Shown piece by piece: positions 62,876 to 64,000 of a stretch of DNA of 64,000 nt (its first letter is position 1; every line of letters starts with the position of its first letter). The stretch is from Rhina ancylostomus (Eukaryota), in assembly GCA_030265395.1 (NCBI GenBank), contig JARFYF010000046.1, positions 18,896,524 to 18,960,523 of the forward strand, given 5' to 3'. Position numbers and translations under genes: made by a program. The notes under the pieces were generated by a model. The model saw only the letters and a program-made list of their open reading frames with translations. It did not search any database and was not told the origin of the DNA.

Positions 62876-64000
62876 TTTTCTAACCTTGGAGGACAAATAT
62901 TTGTTGCTGATAAGTGCTTAAATAGCTTTGTACGATAGCTAAAAAAATGGCCATTATTGCCATTGGTGATCAATATTCAGCAGCCCCAAGTACGTGCACA
63001 GCTGGGAAGATCAGCATTTTTTGTTTGGAATGCAACAGCAGAGTTGAATAAATCAGCAAAATCCAGCCCATGGACTGATGCCAACAATCCCCATCTGGAG
63101 GAGGTACACACCGCTGTCCAAGAGCCACTGATCCGATGATCTTCAGCAAAGCCTTTGGAAAATAACATGGAAATAACATTCCACTTGAAAGGGTACAATC
63201 ACTGTTAACTCGTTATGGGACTTGCAGCTAATCTGCCAATTTACTGAAACAGTGTATTAAATCCATTTCACATAAACACACAAACCTGAACGTCAACACC
63301 TGAAGTAAACAATTTTTATAAGTGTTCTTACAGTAACAGAACCATAATCCTAGTTCAACTGTAGTACCTACTTTTCTAAGTGAAAAAGACCTTGGGTTGA
63401 AGAAGCATTTGAGATACAAACAGTACTGTGGGGGAAAAAAATCATACCTTTTTATGAAAATCGATCTTAGTGCTGAGAAGTTTGACGTAGACACTTGCCA
63501 GCTGTCCATACCGATCATGCATATGACCCTAGGAAATGTTTAAAATATTTATTTGCTTGGAAAATGGAGTTTTATCATTCTGTGGTGCACCAAACAGGCA
63601 CTGCATGTGACACAACCTACAAAATGGGAAAATTGATGAAAAGTTTACTTAACGGATTATTGGAATGGCTTTTGTTCTGAACCATGCACTAAGGCTGTAA
63701 ATGGCTGCAGGCCACAGAGCTGGCAACTGCTGTGTCATTAATGCACTGACCATTAGGAAGCTAGTCAGACTTAAAGAAAACTCACCACAGCAACACACAA
63801 AAGAGATGGGATAAAGGAGGATGAGTGTGGCCATGCTGCTCTCCTGTGTGTCTGGACAGCCCCCACATGCTGATGCACCAAGTGTTGCAAGTGGCCTTAG
63901 GCTGCTGCCAGGTTCTGGCTCATCAAGAGACCTGGGATGTAACACCTTGCATTATATAGAGATGTGGTGATTTCTGTGATCAAACATGTCTGGCAGAGGT

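Noticed and set aside
1-64000. CRISPR arrays, operons or other prokaryotic/viral systems
   Set aside because: No regularly spaced repeats or long intronless ORFs; the window is spliced vertebrate gene plus retroelement sequence

Overview
AT-rich vertebrate genomic DNA. The repeat content (V-SINE, DeuSINE, CR1, Rex1, L2, Penelope) points to a cartilaginous fish, and there are several N gaps, mostly ~100 nt. Two genes lie tail-to-tail. On + is the last coding exon and 3' UTR of VPS37B (ESCRT-I). On - are 27 coding exons of HIP1R (61920 to 8451), which I spliced by hand into a continuous 2772-nt frame (923 aa + stop). That frame runs from mid-ANTH domain through the coiled coil and THATCH/I-LWEQ domain to the proline-rich tail; the first ~5 exons lie beyond the window. 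Exon numbers follow the human gene from memory. Introns are filled with decayed retroelements. I found no convincing wholly new system. The best leads are a GC-AG final intron with a possible alternative C-terminus, a HIP1-like clathrin-box motif, Penelope-type hammerhead ribozyme cores, several intronic inverted repeats and hairpins, and a fragmented Gypsy-like pol fossil.
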